A stretch of 64,000 bases of DNA from the NCBI GenBank assembly GCA_964460545.1, contig CAYWUT010000003.1:1271-65270 (forward strand). Reading direction: 5' to 3'. Positions 9,105 to 17,465 of this stretch are shown here, one piece after another. The translations under genes and the position numbers were made by a program. The stretch is from an uncultured Spirochaetota bacterium (lineage in GTDB: Bacteria; Spirochaetota; B62-G9; DRHN01). Numbering within the stretch: position 1 is the first letter of the stretch; the number at the start of each line of letters is the position of its first letter. The notes beneath the pieces were generated by a model. It ran no database searches. It was not told the origin of the DNA and saw nothing but the letters and a program-made list of their open reading frames with translations.

Positions 9105-10805
9105 TTACGCCGGCGCGGGATTCTCTTTCCCGGCCCCTTCGACAGTAAGGCCGCTTCCGGTCAGCTCTCCATAGTTCAGGAGAAAGGAAAAAGTGGAGGT
9201 GAAGAGAAATGTCTCGACAACGGCTTCGATGATTTTTTTATTGTCCATCTTTTTCACGCCGTCGATTTTTTCATTGAAGGTGAGCCGTTCATCGGGGTTC
9301 AGCAGGAGCCGCCTGGATTCCTTGTAATCATCGATTACGGTGGAAAGAATCTGACTCGTCGTTTTCATGATATCGGCGGTCCTTTTTCGAGAGCTCCTGC
9401 TCAGCAGGGCCCTCTTCTTTTGGATGGAATCAAGCATGGATGACTTCTGATTAATCGTAAGTCTCGGGTTGTTTTCGGTTTTTCTCATCTCCTGCATTCG
9501 CTCGATGTAATCCGTGACCTCATGCCGCGCTTCACTCAACATTGAATATGCACGGCCCAGGTCCTCCTTGATGTCTATCTTCTTCTGCTCCCTGTATTCG
9601 ACATTGAATTCGATTTTACCGGTCGTCAGTATAAATGAATATTCCCTGTCGAAGACGTCAAGAAGCAGCGCGGTTTTATACATCTTGTCCGTACGGTCAA
9701 TCGGCTTGAGCGGGTCTTTTTCATCCATACCCCGTGTTTTCTCATACCGCTCAATGGCTTCGTTTAAAATGGGGAGGCCCCTCTGAACGTGACGGGGTAT
9801 CTTTACGTCCTCGGACTGTATTGCGCCGGGGGTCTGCTCTTTTTGCAGATACTCCTTCATTTTTTTAAGCTGTTCCAACCGTCGCTTCTTCTCCTCCCTC
9901 GTTATAGAGCCAATTCTGTCCAGCTCCGTCATGCCTATGAAATCGTCGAGCTTCTGTGTATAGAGGGGGAGGTAATCACCGGCGAGCCTGCAGATGACGA
10001 TGTGCAGTTTGTTTAGAAAGTCGATAAGTATGAGGTCGATGTACTCCCGCAACTCGTTATAGACCGCTTCGGCGTTCGTCTCCTTCATCCTGCCTTTTTT
10101 GTCCTGTATCTCGGCGGCTTTCCGTATCGAGAGCTTGCACAGCTCTTTGAATTGACCGAGAACGTATATCTTCCTGAACAGGTTCTTGAAAGGGTCCATG
10201 TGATCTCCGGTCGGGAGTGCTTTACGGGCCAGGGCTTTTTCTATCTGAGCAAATTCCTTCTCATTGTAGAGTGCGTGAAGACGGAATATGAGCTCATAGA
10301 GCGGTAACTCCTTCTTCGAGTGCTGTATGAGGTCCTTTTTAATGGAACCCGCACCCTTGATAAATGAACCCGCGCCTGATTTGAGCCTGATGAAGTCGGT
10401 TTTTATTATGCCCTTCAGCAGAGCGATGAATTTATCGGAGACTCCGCCGCTTAAGGTCAGGGTCTTGAGGACCATTCCCTTCATATTTACCTTGAGTACG
10501 GCAAAGGGCTTCTTCTTCTTTTTCGGGGTCTTGGAGACACTCTTCGGCGTCGGTTTTCCACCCGCGGGTCTTTTAGACGGCTCTCCTTCCTTCGAGCGTG
10601 CGGACGGCCCGGGGCCCCCGGCCGTTCGTGCCGGTTTTCTCCGGTCTTCAGGAGGCAGCGGGGGGGTGTCTTCCCTGGACTTGGGTTTTTGTTTTACCAC
10701 TTCTCCGCCGGAGTCCACGAATTTCTTGAAGAGCTGGTCCCTCTGCGATTCATCGAGCTTGTCGATGCCCACCCTGTCCCGTACATGATCGAAATCAGAA
10801 GCCAT
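9105..10805 (-). CDS. Hypothetical protein with a basic, disordered Lys/Pro-rich N-terminus
   Basis: 566-aa ORF with protein-like composition; N-terminal ~110 aa are K/P/R-rich (TPKKKKKP); I recognise no domain. Confidence 0.5.
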   Translation of the reverse strand: MASDFDHVRDRVGIDKLDESQRDQLFKKFVDSGGEVVKQKPKSREDTPPLPPEDRRKPARTAGGPGPSARSKEGEPSKRPAGGKPTPKSVSKTPKKKKKPFAVLKVNMKGMVLKTLTLSGGVSDKFIALLKGIIKTDFIRLKSGAGSFIKGAGSIKKDLIQHSKKELPLYELIFRLHALYNEKEFAQIEKALARKALPTGDHMDPFKNLFRKIYVLGQFKELCKLSIRKAAEIQDKKGRMKETNAEAVYNELREYIDLILIDFLNKLHIVICRLAGDYLPLYTQKLDDFIGMTELDRIGSITREEKKRRLEQLKKMKEYLQKEQTPGAIQSEDVKIPRHVQRGLPILNEAIERYEKTRGMDEKDPLKPIDRTDKMYKTALLLDVFDREYSFILTTGKIEFNVEYREQKKIDIKEDLGRAYSMLSEARHEVTDYIERMQEMRKTENNPRLTINQKSSMLDSIQKKRALLSRSSRKRTADIMKTTSQILSTVIDDYKESRRLLLNPDERLTFNEKIDGVKKMDNKKIIEAVVETFLFTSTFSFLLNYGELTGSGLTVEGAGKENPAPA

Positions 10806-10907
10806 ATATACGCGTCCGTGGTCGTGGATTATTCAGTGCCTTGTGAATACCAAAAATCTCAATAGATAACACTTTTATGTCGAAAAATAATTTGAACGGA
10901 TTGCCCA

Positions 10908-12047
10908 ATGAAAAACACCATTTTCTTCGAAAGCCGAGGGGTTGAAGTACCCGTTAAAAAGAAAACAATTAACCGTATTCCCAGGGCCCTCTCCTCCCAA
11001 TATGTTACTCCAAAGAAGAAGATCAGTAAACAGCCGGATGAAGCCGTTTCCCATCACTCTAATGATACACTATTTCGTAAAATATTCAAAATAAAGAAAG
11101 GGAGGTTTATCCTCCTCGGAAGTTTCGCGGCTTTCTGTATTTTTTTACCCGTCTATACGAATATTCAGTCATATATCTGGGAAAAGACGCGTGTATTGAG
11201 CGTTGAAGGGATCGTCCTGTACGACCTTTTCCTTACGGAGAGAAGAGCACCCCTCTACTCCGCGTATTCGTCCGGAGAGGGAACGGCTGAGAATACGGGC
11301 AGTGGATTCGTGCTGCCGTCATTCAAGCTCATGCCCTACAAGGTGAAGAAGGGAGACTCGCTCTTCAGTATATCGCATCGATTCAACGTGTCCCTCGACA
11401 CTATTTTGACGGCGAACGAGCTTACGGATGCGTACCATCTCCAGATCGGCTCCACGCTTCAAATCCCGAGCTCGAGCGGTATTTTTTATACGGTCAAAAG
11501 GGGAGACAGCCTGTCCTCGATCATCGGGCGCTACGGCGGCAGTCTGAACGATATCGCGGATGTAAACGACCTGGAAAGCGCAACCATTCGAGTCGGGCAG
11601 ATACTTTTTGTCCCCGGAGGAAAACTTACGGAGTGGGAGCGGGCCGAGGCACTCGGTACGCTCTTCAAATACCCCACGAGCGGAAGGCTTACATCGAGGA
11701 TGGGTTTCCGGAAAGACCCGTTTACCGGACGAAAAGTCTATCATTCCGGAATCGATCTGGCCAATAAGAGCGGGACGGGAGTTTACGCTTCCCAGTACGG
11801 AAGGGTGACCTATGCGGGATACAAGGGCAATTACGGAAAGATGGTCGAGATCGTGCATCCGAACGGGTATTCCACGCTGTACGCTCATCTGAGCAGGGTG
11901 GTCGTCAAGCGCGGTCAGGCGGTGCGTCAGGGAGAGGAAATCGGGCTCATGGGAAATACCGGAAGGTCGACCGGCCCCCATCTTCACTTCGAAGTCCATC
12001 AGAACAAGAAACTCCTCGATCCGCTGAAGGTATTGAGCAGCCGTTAG
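10908..12047 (+). CDS. LysM-domain M23 family metallopeptidase
   Basis: A TM segment, two LysM-like repeats (YKVKKGDSLFSIS..., YTVKRGDSLSSII...) and the M23 catalytic motifs (HSGIDLA...; GNTGRSTGPHLHFEV). Confidence 0.85.
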   Translation: MKNTIFFESRGVEVPVKKKTINRIPRALSSQYVTPKKKISKQPDEAVSHHSNDTLFRKIFKIKKGRFILLGSFAAFCIFLPVYTNIQSYIWEKTRVLSVEGIVLYDLFLTERRAPLYSAYSSGEGTAENTGSGFVLPSFKLMPYKVKKGDSLFSISHRFNVSLDTILTANELTDAYHLQIGSTLQIPSSSGIFYTVKRGDSLSSIIGRYGGSLNDIADVNDLESATIRVGQILFVPGGKLTEWERAEALGTLFKYPTSGRLTSRMGFRKDPFTGRKVYHSGIDLANKSGTGVYASQYGRVTYAGYKGNYGKMVEIVHPNGYSTLYAHLSRVVVKRGQAVRQGEEIGLMGNTGRSTGPHLHFEVHQNKKLLDPLKVLSSR

Positions 12048-12083
12048 CATCAAACGTACAGAGAGCGGAATAAGGAAAATGAC

Positions 12084-12111
12084 TTGTAAAAAATGTTATT
12101 TTTACTATAAT
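12084..12111 (+). promoter_or_regulatory. Candidate sigma-70 promoter for the second M23 peptidase gene
   Basis: TTGTAA-N16-TATAAT in the intergenic region upstream of 12296. Confidence 0.35.
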
Positions 12112-12295
12112 GGGCTATTGATCGTGTAAAAACTTCCATATATTCGGCGGATTACTGCGCACCAGGGATAAGATGAACAATTTCTACAGATCATTTCATA
12201 TCATACGTATTCGATGCAGGTCCCGGCTCACCCGTTTATTATTATCGTTAAAAGGCATTCGTTCCCACCCTGTCGGGCAAAGCAAAATCGCGGGT

Positions 12296-13315
12296 ATGAA
12301 GAAGGCCCCTACCTATCGTGACCTCTGGAAACGGCTGAACAGGGACGGGCATGCAAGCCGGAGCCCTCTCAGGCATACCATGGTACTTCGAGCTGTAAAA
12401 CTTATCTTTGCCTGTGCCGCCTGTATCGGATTTATCGCCCTTTTTCCCGCGCCTTTCTGGCCCGAGGAGAGGGAGCTTCCCTATTACGGCGATTTCTCAT
12501 GGCATGCGGAAGACCCTGTACGCCTCTCGGACGGAGACTGTCGCGAGCTCGGCCGTGGAGGAGCTGAGGATTATATTCCAAACCTGCACCTTTCGGAGTA
12601 TATCATCCGGAAGGGCGATACGCTCTGGAACATATCGAAGGATTTCGATGTTTATCCGGATACCATTATCAGCTGTAATGTATTCACCAACGTGCATTCA
12701 ATTCACGAGGGTGATGCGATACTGGTTCCGAACATCTCAGGCATATTCGTTAACATCGGGGAGGGAGACACCATATACCAGTATTCCTCCAAGTACAAGA
12801 TCGCCCCTGATTTCATAATGGAGATGAACAACCTGAAATCCAACGAGCTGACCCCGGGGATGAAGCTCTTCCTTCCGGGTGTCAAGTTCAGCACCATGGA
12901 GAGGGCATACGCCCTCGGTGAAGCATTCAGCAAGCCGGTACGCGGCAGATTGACCTCACGTTTCGGGTACAGAAGAGATCCCTTTACCGGAAAGCGTGCT
13001 TTCCATCGGGGAATCGATATTGCGAACAAAGTGGGTTCAAAGGTTTATGCCGCTCAGGAGGGCAGGGTTACCTTCGCGGATGCGAGGAGCGGATACGGGA
13101 AGATCGTAATCATCGAGCATCGATTCGGATATAAGACCATATACGGCCATCTGTCCGACACAGCGGTCACCAGGGGGCAGAGGGTCGGGAGCGGTCAGGT
13201 TATCGGTTTTGTCGGCAATACGGGAAGATCCACAGGTCCGCATCTGCATTTCGAGATATGGCATAAGAACAGGGTAATCGATCCGCTGACACAGACGAAT
13301 ATGGCGGTAAGATAG
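12296..13315 (+). CDS. LysM-domain M23 family metallopeptidase (tandem paralog)
   Basis: Same architecture as the upstream gene (HRGIDIA...; GNTGRSTGPHLHFEI). I take the ATG at 12296 (MKKAPTYRD...) inside the listed 12173..13315 ORF, because it places a short cytoplasmic tail before the TM helix. The start is uncertain. Confidence 0.8.
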   Translation: MKKAPTYRDLWKRLNRDGHASRSPLRHTMVLRAVKLIFACAACIGFIALFPAPFWPEERELPYYGDFSWHAEDPVRLSDGDCRELGRGGAEDYIPNLHLSEYIIRKGDTLWNISKDFDVYPDTIISCNVFTNVHSIHEGDAILVPNISGIFVNIGEGDTIYQYSSKYKIAPDFIMEMNNLKSNELTPGMKLFLPGVKFSTMERAYALGEAFSKPVRGRLTSRFGYRRDPFTGKRAFHRGIDIANKVGSKVYAAQEGRVTFADARSGYGKIVIIEHRFGYKTIYGHLSDTAVTRGQRVGSGQVIGFVGNTGRSTGPHLHFEIWHKNRVIDPLTQTNMAVR

Positions 13316-13440
13316 AAGGAAGCGGTACGGCTCAAAAGAGTAGAACGCACCTGGTACAAGGCAGTTCACACAGCGCGAACCTCAAAGTCCGGATTCCCGA
13401 AAATACCAACGTTTAATCATCAAGCTTCTTGTAAGCGGGA

Positions 13441-14898
13441 ATGGAAAAAATGATCGCTAAATCCACCAAGATCGTATGCACGGTCGGCCCGAGCTGCCAT
13501 GATGCGGACAGCTTGAGACAGATGGCCTCGAGCGGCATGAATGTCGTAAGACTGAACTTTTCACACGGGAGCTATGATTTCCATGGAGAAACGATACGTT
13601 TAACGAGGGCCGTTGCAAGGGAACTTGGCCTTTTCATCGGAATACTGCAGGACCTCCAGGGACCGAAGATACGAACAGGAAAATTGAAAAAGTCGACGGT
13701 CACGCTGAAAGCGGATGACAGCCTCATCCTGACCGGAGAAGAGATCGAAGGGGACTGGGAGCGGATCCCGGTCAACTATGAAAAACTGTCCATGGAGGTG
13801 AAGACCGGGGATAAAATACTCCTCGACGACGGGAATATAGAGCTCAGAGTGCTGGATTGTGTTGGAAAAAACGTTCGATGCAGAATAATAAACGGCGGAA
13901 CCATACGTGGGTTTCGCGGCGTTAACCTTCCGGACAGCGACATCAGCGTGACCGCTTTGACGGAAAAAGACGTCAGCGACCTTGAATTCGGTATCGAAAA
14001 CGGGGTGGATTTCGTGGCCCTTTCGTTCGTCAGGTCCGCCGGAGATATAGAAAAACTGAGGGGCCTGATGGAGGAGCGGGGCAGGGTGGTCCCCATTATC
14101 GCAAAGATTGAGAAACCTGAAGCCGTAAGGAACATAGATGAAATCATTCGAAGGTCCGATGGAATAATGATAGCACGGGGCGACCTCGGAGCTGAAACCT
14201 CTCCGCAGGAGGTGCCCGTACTTCAGAAAATGATAATAAAAAAATGCAACACCGCCGGCAAGCCTGTCATAACGGCCACGCAGATGCTCGAGTCCATGAT
14301 CCATCATCCCAGGCCGACCAGGGCGGAAGCCGCGGACGTCGCGAACGCCATTTTCGACGGAACGGACGCCGTCATGCTCTCAGGGGAGACCGCGATGGGG
14401 GAAAATCCGGCAGCGGCAGTCAGGGTTATGGCTGATATCGCGGCTCGGGCCGAACGGGAGATGGGAAGGGAATCCATTATCGCGTATGAAAGGGCCGCGC
14501 ATACTCCGGAGGATGGTAATATCGCTGAATCCGTGTCGTACTCCGCGTGCCGAATGAGCGAGATGGTCGATGCTCGATGTATTGTGAGCTTCACGAAAAC
14601 GGGAAGGACCGCACATCTGCTCAGCAAGCACAGGCCCCTGATACCCATTATAGCACTCTCTTCGAGCGACGAGGTGCTTCGAAGGCTTTCCGTGTACTGG
14701 GGCGTGCACGGCTGTTTAATAGAGCATGTTCAGACGACCGAGCGCCTCTTCGACCGGGCTGAGGAGATACTGATTCAGGAAAACTTCTGCAAAGAGGATG
14801 AGACGGTTATAATGACCGGCGGAGTACCGGTTCTTGAAGGCGGACCCACCAACCTTCTCAAGGTTCACACGGTCAACCTGAGCAGGAAGAATCTCTGA
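13441..14898 (+). CDS. pyk: Pyruvate kinase
   Basis: The 485-aa product matches the pyruvate kinase barrel and C-terminal domains (KIVCTVGPS...MNVVRLNFSHG...GPKIRTG...MIARGDLG). Confidence 0.95.
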   Translation: MEKMIAKSTKIVCTVGPSCHDADSLRQMASSGMNVVRLNFSHGSYDFHGETIRLTRAVARELGLFIGILQDLQGPKIRTGKLKKSTVTLKADDSLILTGEEIEGDWERIPVNYEKLSMEVKTGDKILLDDGNIELRVLDCVGKNVRCRIINGGTIRGFRGVNLPDSDISVTALTEKDVSDLEFGIENGVDFVALSFVRSAGDIEKLRGLMEERGRVVPIIAKIEKPEAVRNIDEIIRRSDGIMIARGDLGAETSPQEVPVLQKMIIKKCNTAGKPVITATQMLESMIHHPRPTRAEAADVANAIFDGTDAVMLSGETAMGENPAAAVRVMADIAARAEREMGRESIIAYERAAHTPEDGNIAESVSYSACRMSEMVDARCIVSFTKTGRTAHLLSKHRPLIPIIALSSSDEVLRRLSVYWGVHGCLIEHVQTTERLFDRAEEILIQENFCKEDETVIMTGGVPVLEGGPTNLLKVHTVNLSRKNL

Positions 14899-14961
14899 CT
14901 TTCTACTTCTTTCTCAATTTCCTCGAAGATTTTTAGCTTATCAGTTAAGAGTACCTCTTTT

Positions 14962-14988
14962 TTACTGACAATGGTTGCCATTTTCAGT
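14962..14988. promoter_or_regulatory. Near-perfect 12-3-12 palindrome; candidate Fur-family operator
   Basis: TACTGACAATGG-TTG-CCATTTTCAGTA with one mismatch, ending 39 nt upstream of the Fur-family gene start at 15027. Confidence 0.4.
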
Positions 14989-15026
14989 ATTTTGTACAAC
15001 AGGGGATCCCTATCGCGGAGAATAAT

Positions 15027-15482
15027 ATGGAAAAGAGAGATCTTTTCCTCCAGAAGAAGCTCACCGATTCCGGTTTCAGGCTGACGAAGCCGAGACGTTC
15101 CATCCTGAAAACACTGAGCCGAACGCGTGAGCATCTCAGTGCAGAGGATATCTACAGGGAGGTTTCCCGGGATTATCCTGCCATAGGGCTCACGACCGTT
15201 TACAGAACACTCGAGCTCTTTGTGCGTATGGGCATGGTACAGAAGTACGAATTCGGAGACGGCCGTTCGCGGTACGAGATTGTCGTTGATACTCCCAGGG
15301 TTGATGAGCATCACCATCACCTGATATGTACGAAATGTCATCGAGTCATCGATTATACCGATTTTATAGAACAGGAAAAAGATCTCCTGAAAGAGACCGA
15401 AGAGGGGCTCAGCAGGCTCTATAATTTTGAGATCAGGAGCCATACCATCGCGTTCTACGGTCTCTGTGAAAACTGCCGATAA
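15027..15482 (+). CDS. Fur family transcriptional regulator (Fur/Zur/PerR type)
   Basis: A 151-aa winged-helix N-terminus, an HHHH-x-C-x2-C metal site and a C-terminal CENC motif. Confidence 0.9.
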   Translation: MEKRDLFLQKKLTDSGFRLTKPRRSILKTLSRTREHLSAEDIYREVSRDYPAIGLTTVYRTLELFVRMGMVQKYEFGDGRSRYEIVVDTPRVDEHHHHLICTKCHRVIDYTDFIEQEKDLLKETEEGLSRLYNFEIRSHTIAFYGLCENCR

Positions 15483-15500
15483 GACGGAGGATACAAACGA

Positions 15501-15869
15501 ATGAAGATCTGTGTGAGTTCCAGAGGCGAGAACCTCGAATCTCAGGTTGATCCGAGATTCGGGCGCTGCGGGTATTTTATTTTCGTTGATACCGAGAGCA
15601 TGAAGTTCGAGGCCGTGCGGAACGAGTTTGCGGCGGCGGGCGGAGGCGCGGGTATTCAGTCCGCGCGGCTCGTTGCAGACAGGGAGGCCGAGGCGGTATT
15701 GACCGGCAATTGCGGTCCCAATGCGTACAACACGCTTCAAGCCGCGAATATTACCGTTTATCCGGGTGCGACAGGCTCAATCAGAGAGGCGGTCAACCTC
15801 TTCATTTCAGGCAAGATGGAATCAACTGACGGGGCGAATGTAGACTCGCACTTCGGCATGCGGGGCTGA
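15501..15869 (+). CDS. Dinitrogenase FeMo-cofactor biosynthesis (NifX/NifB-like) domain protein
   Basis: The 122-aa product (MKICVSS...VDPRFGRCGYFIF...LTGNCGPNA) fits the NifB/NifX/NafY small-domain family. It starts 19 nt after the Fur gene. Confidence 0.75.
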   Translation: MKICVSSRGENLESQVDPRFGRCGYFIFVDTESMKFEAVRNEFAAAGGGAGIQSARLVADREAEAVLTGNCGPNAYNTLQAANITVYPGATGSIREAVNLFISGKMESTDGANVDSHFGMRG

Positions 15870-15945
15870 TCTGCCGAGCCTGTTTCACGATACACGTTTA
15901 TATTCTATTATTCCCACACCATTTAATACAGAGGGAGCTCAGAGC

Positions 15946-16767
15946 ATGGAGGAACACATGACCGATGACGAGAGGAAGAAAGAACAGGAACTTCAGGACG
16001 AGCGGATGAAGTCCAACCTCTCGAGAATTAAGAAATCCATACTCGTCATGAGCGGCAAGGGGGGAGTGGGAAAGACGACGGTTGCCGTTAATATCGCGTG
16101 CGGACTCGCACTCGCCGGGCGGGAAACGGGCATCATGGACGTGGATATTCACGGTCCGAACATAGCCAAGATGCTCGGCATCGAGGACAAGCGCCTCATG
16201 GGTTCGGAACAGGGAATTGAACCGGTTGTTCCGAGACCGAACCTGCACGCGGTCAGTCTCGCACTCTTCGGCAACGACAGGGACCAGCCCGTTATCTGGC
16301 GGGGACCGCTCAAGATGTCCGTTATCAAGCAGTTTATCAGCGACGTCAACTGGGGTGACCTGGACTTTCTCATCATCGATTCACCGCCCGGTACCGGGGA
16401 CGAACCGCTCAGCGTGTGCCAGCTCATACCGGGCATTACCGGGGCGATAGTGGTGACCACTCCCCAGGACGTGGCCATACTTGACGCGCGTAAAAGTATA
16501 CAGTTCGCGCGGGAGCTGAACATACCCGTTATCGGCGTGATCGAGAACATGAGCGGATTTGTCTGTCCCCATTGCGGCAAGCCCGTGGATATATTCAAGC
16601 AGGGCGGAGGAAGAAGGGCTGCCGAGGATATGGGCGTCCCCTTCCTCGGAGCCATACCGCTCGATCCCGATTTTGTGGGACGCGGAGACGACGGAATGCC
16701 CGCGGTCTGTGCAGAGGGAGACGCGGCCAAACACTTCGACACCATACTCAAGGCCATTGCCGATTGA
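15946..16767 (+). CDS. Mrp/NBP35/ApbC family iron-sulfur cluster carrier ATPase
   Basis: A deviant Walker A (SGKGGVGKTT) and the family CPHCGK motif. Confidence 0.9.
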   Translation: MEEHMTDDERKKEQELQDERMKSNLSRIKKSILVMSGKGGVGKTTVAVNIACGLALAGRETGIMDVDIHGPNIAKMLGIEDKRLMGSEQGIEPVVPRPNLHAVSLALFGNDRDQPVIWRGPLKMSVIKQFISDVNWGDLDFLIIDSPPGTGDEPLSVCQLIPGITGAIVVTTPQDVAILDARKSIQFARELNIPVIGVIENMSGFVCPHCGKPVDIFKQGGGRRAAEDMGVPFLGAIPLDPDFVGRGDDGMPAVCAEGDAAKHFDTILKAIAD

Positions 16768-16821
16768 TACCGGAATTCAGGGGCTCAGTTGAGGTTTTCA
16801 GCGGTCTTTCAGGAATGAAAG

Positions 16822-17052
16822 TTACCAGGAACGTATCTTCGCGTCGTACCCTATCTTTCTGACTATTTCCACGATCTTTTCAAGGAGCCGCTTCTCCCCG
16901 TTCGATCTTATATGTATCTCGGCATTCCGGGTATCCACCCTGATTTCATCAATGCCGTCGATCTTGCGCGCGAGATGCTCTATGGTGTATGCACACGAGG
17001 CGCAGGTTGCTCCTTCTATATCGATCACTCCGTTTTTCATTTTTTTCCTCAA
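16822..17052 (-). CDS. Heavy-metal-associated (HMA) domain protein, CopZ-like
   Basis: A 76-aa product with a GATCASC metal-binding motif and a ferredoxin-like fold pattern. Confidence 0.7.
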   Translation of the reverse strand: MRKKMKNGVIDIEGATCASCAYTIEHLARKIDGIDEIRVDTRNAEIHIRSNGEKRLLEKIVEIVRKIGYDAKIRSW

Positions 17053-17142
17053 TCAAAGCTTTCATGCTAGACAATAGGCCGTTTTGGACCCGCGGGCAAG
17101 GCGCTATCTTTCAGTATTATCAAAAACGTGCGGGGTTGGTTG

Positions 17143-17433
17143 TCAGTAGGTGATTGAGAAATCTTTATAACGGGGAGCGGCTATCTCGTGCCACTCCTCA
17201 AGAACGTTCGACACGTGCGACATTGAGGGACCGGATTTCATATCCTTGAGGAAGATGTGAAGGTTCGGCACCCTGCCCTCGGCCTCGATCTCGACCCTGC
17301 CGTCATGGAGATTCTTGACCCATCCCGTGATCCCGTACCGCTGAGCCCTGTTCAGGACGAAAAACCGGAAACCCACCCCCTGGACCCTTCCGGACACATA
17401 GAGATGCATGACGGCATACCGTTGATTATCCAT
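17143..17433 (-). CDS. Acylphosphatase
   Basis: A 96-aa product with the VxGRVQGVGFR signature. Confidence 0.85.
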   Translation of the reverse strand: MDNQRYAVMHLYVSGRVQGVGFRFFVLNRAQRYGITGWVKNLHDGRVEIEAEGRVPNLHIFLKDMKSGPSMSHVSNVLEEWHEIAAPRYKDFSITY

Positions 17434-17465
17434 TTTCCTTCACATTTTTTTCGATATTTGAGGAA

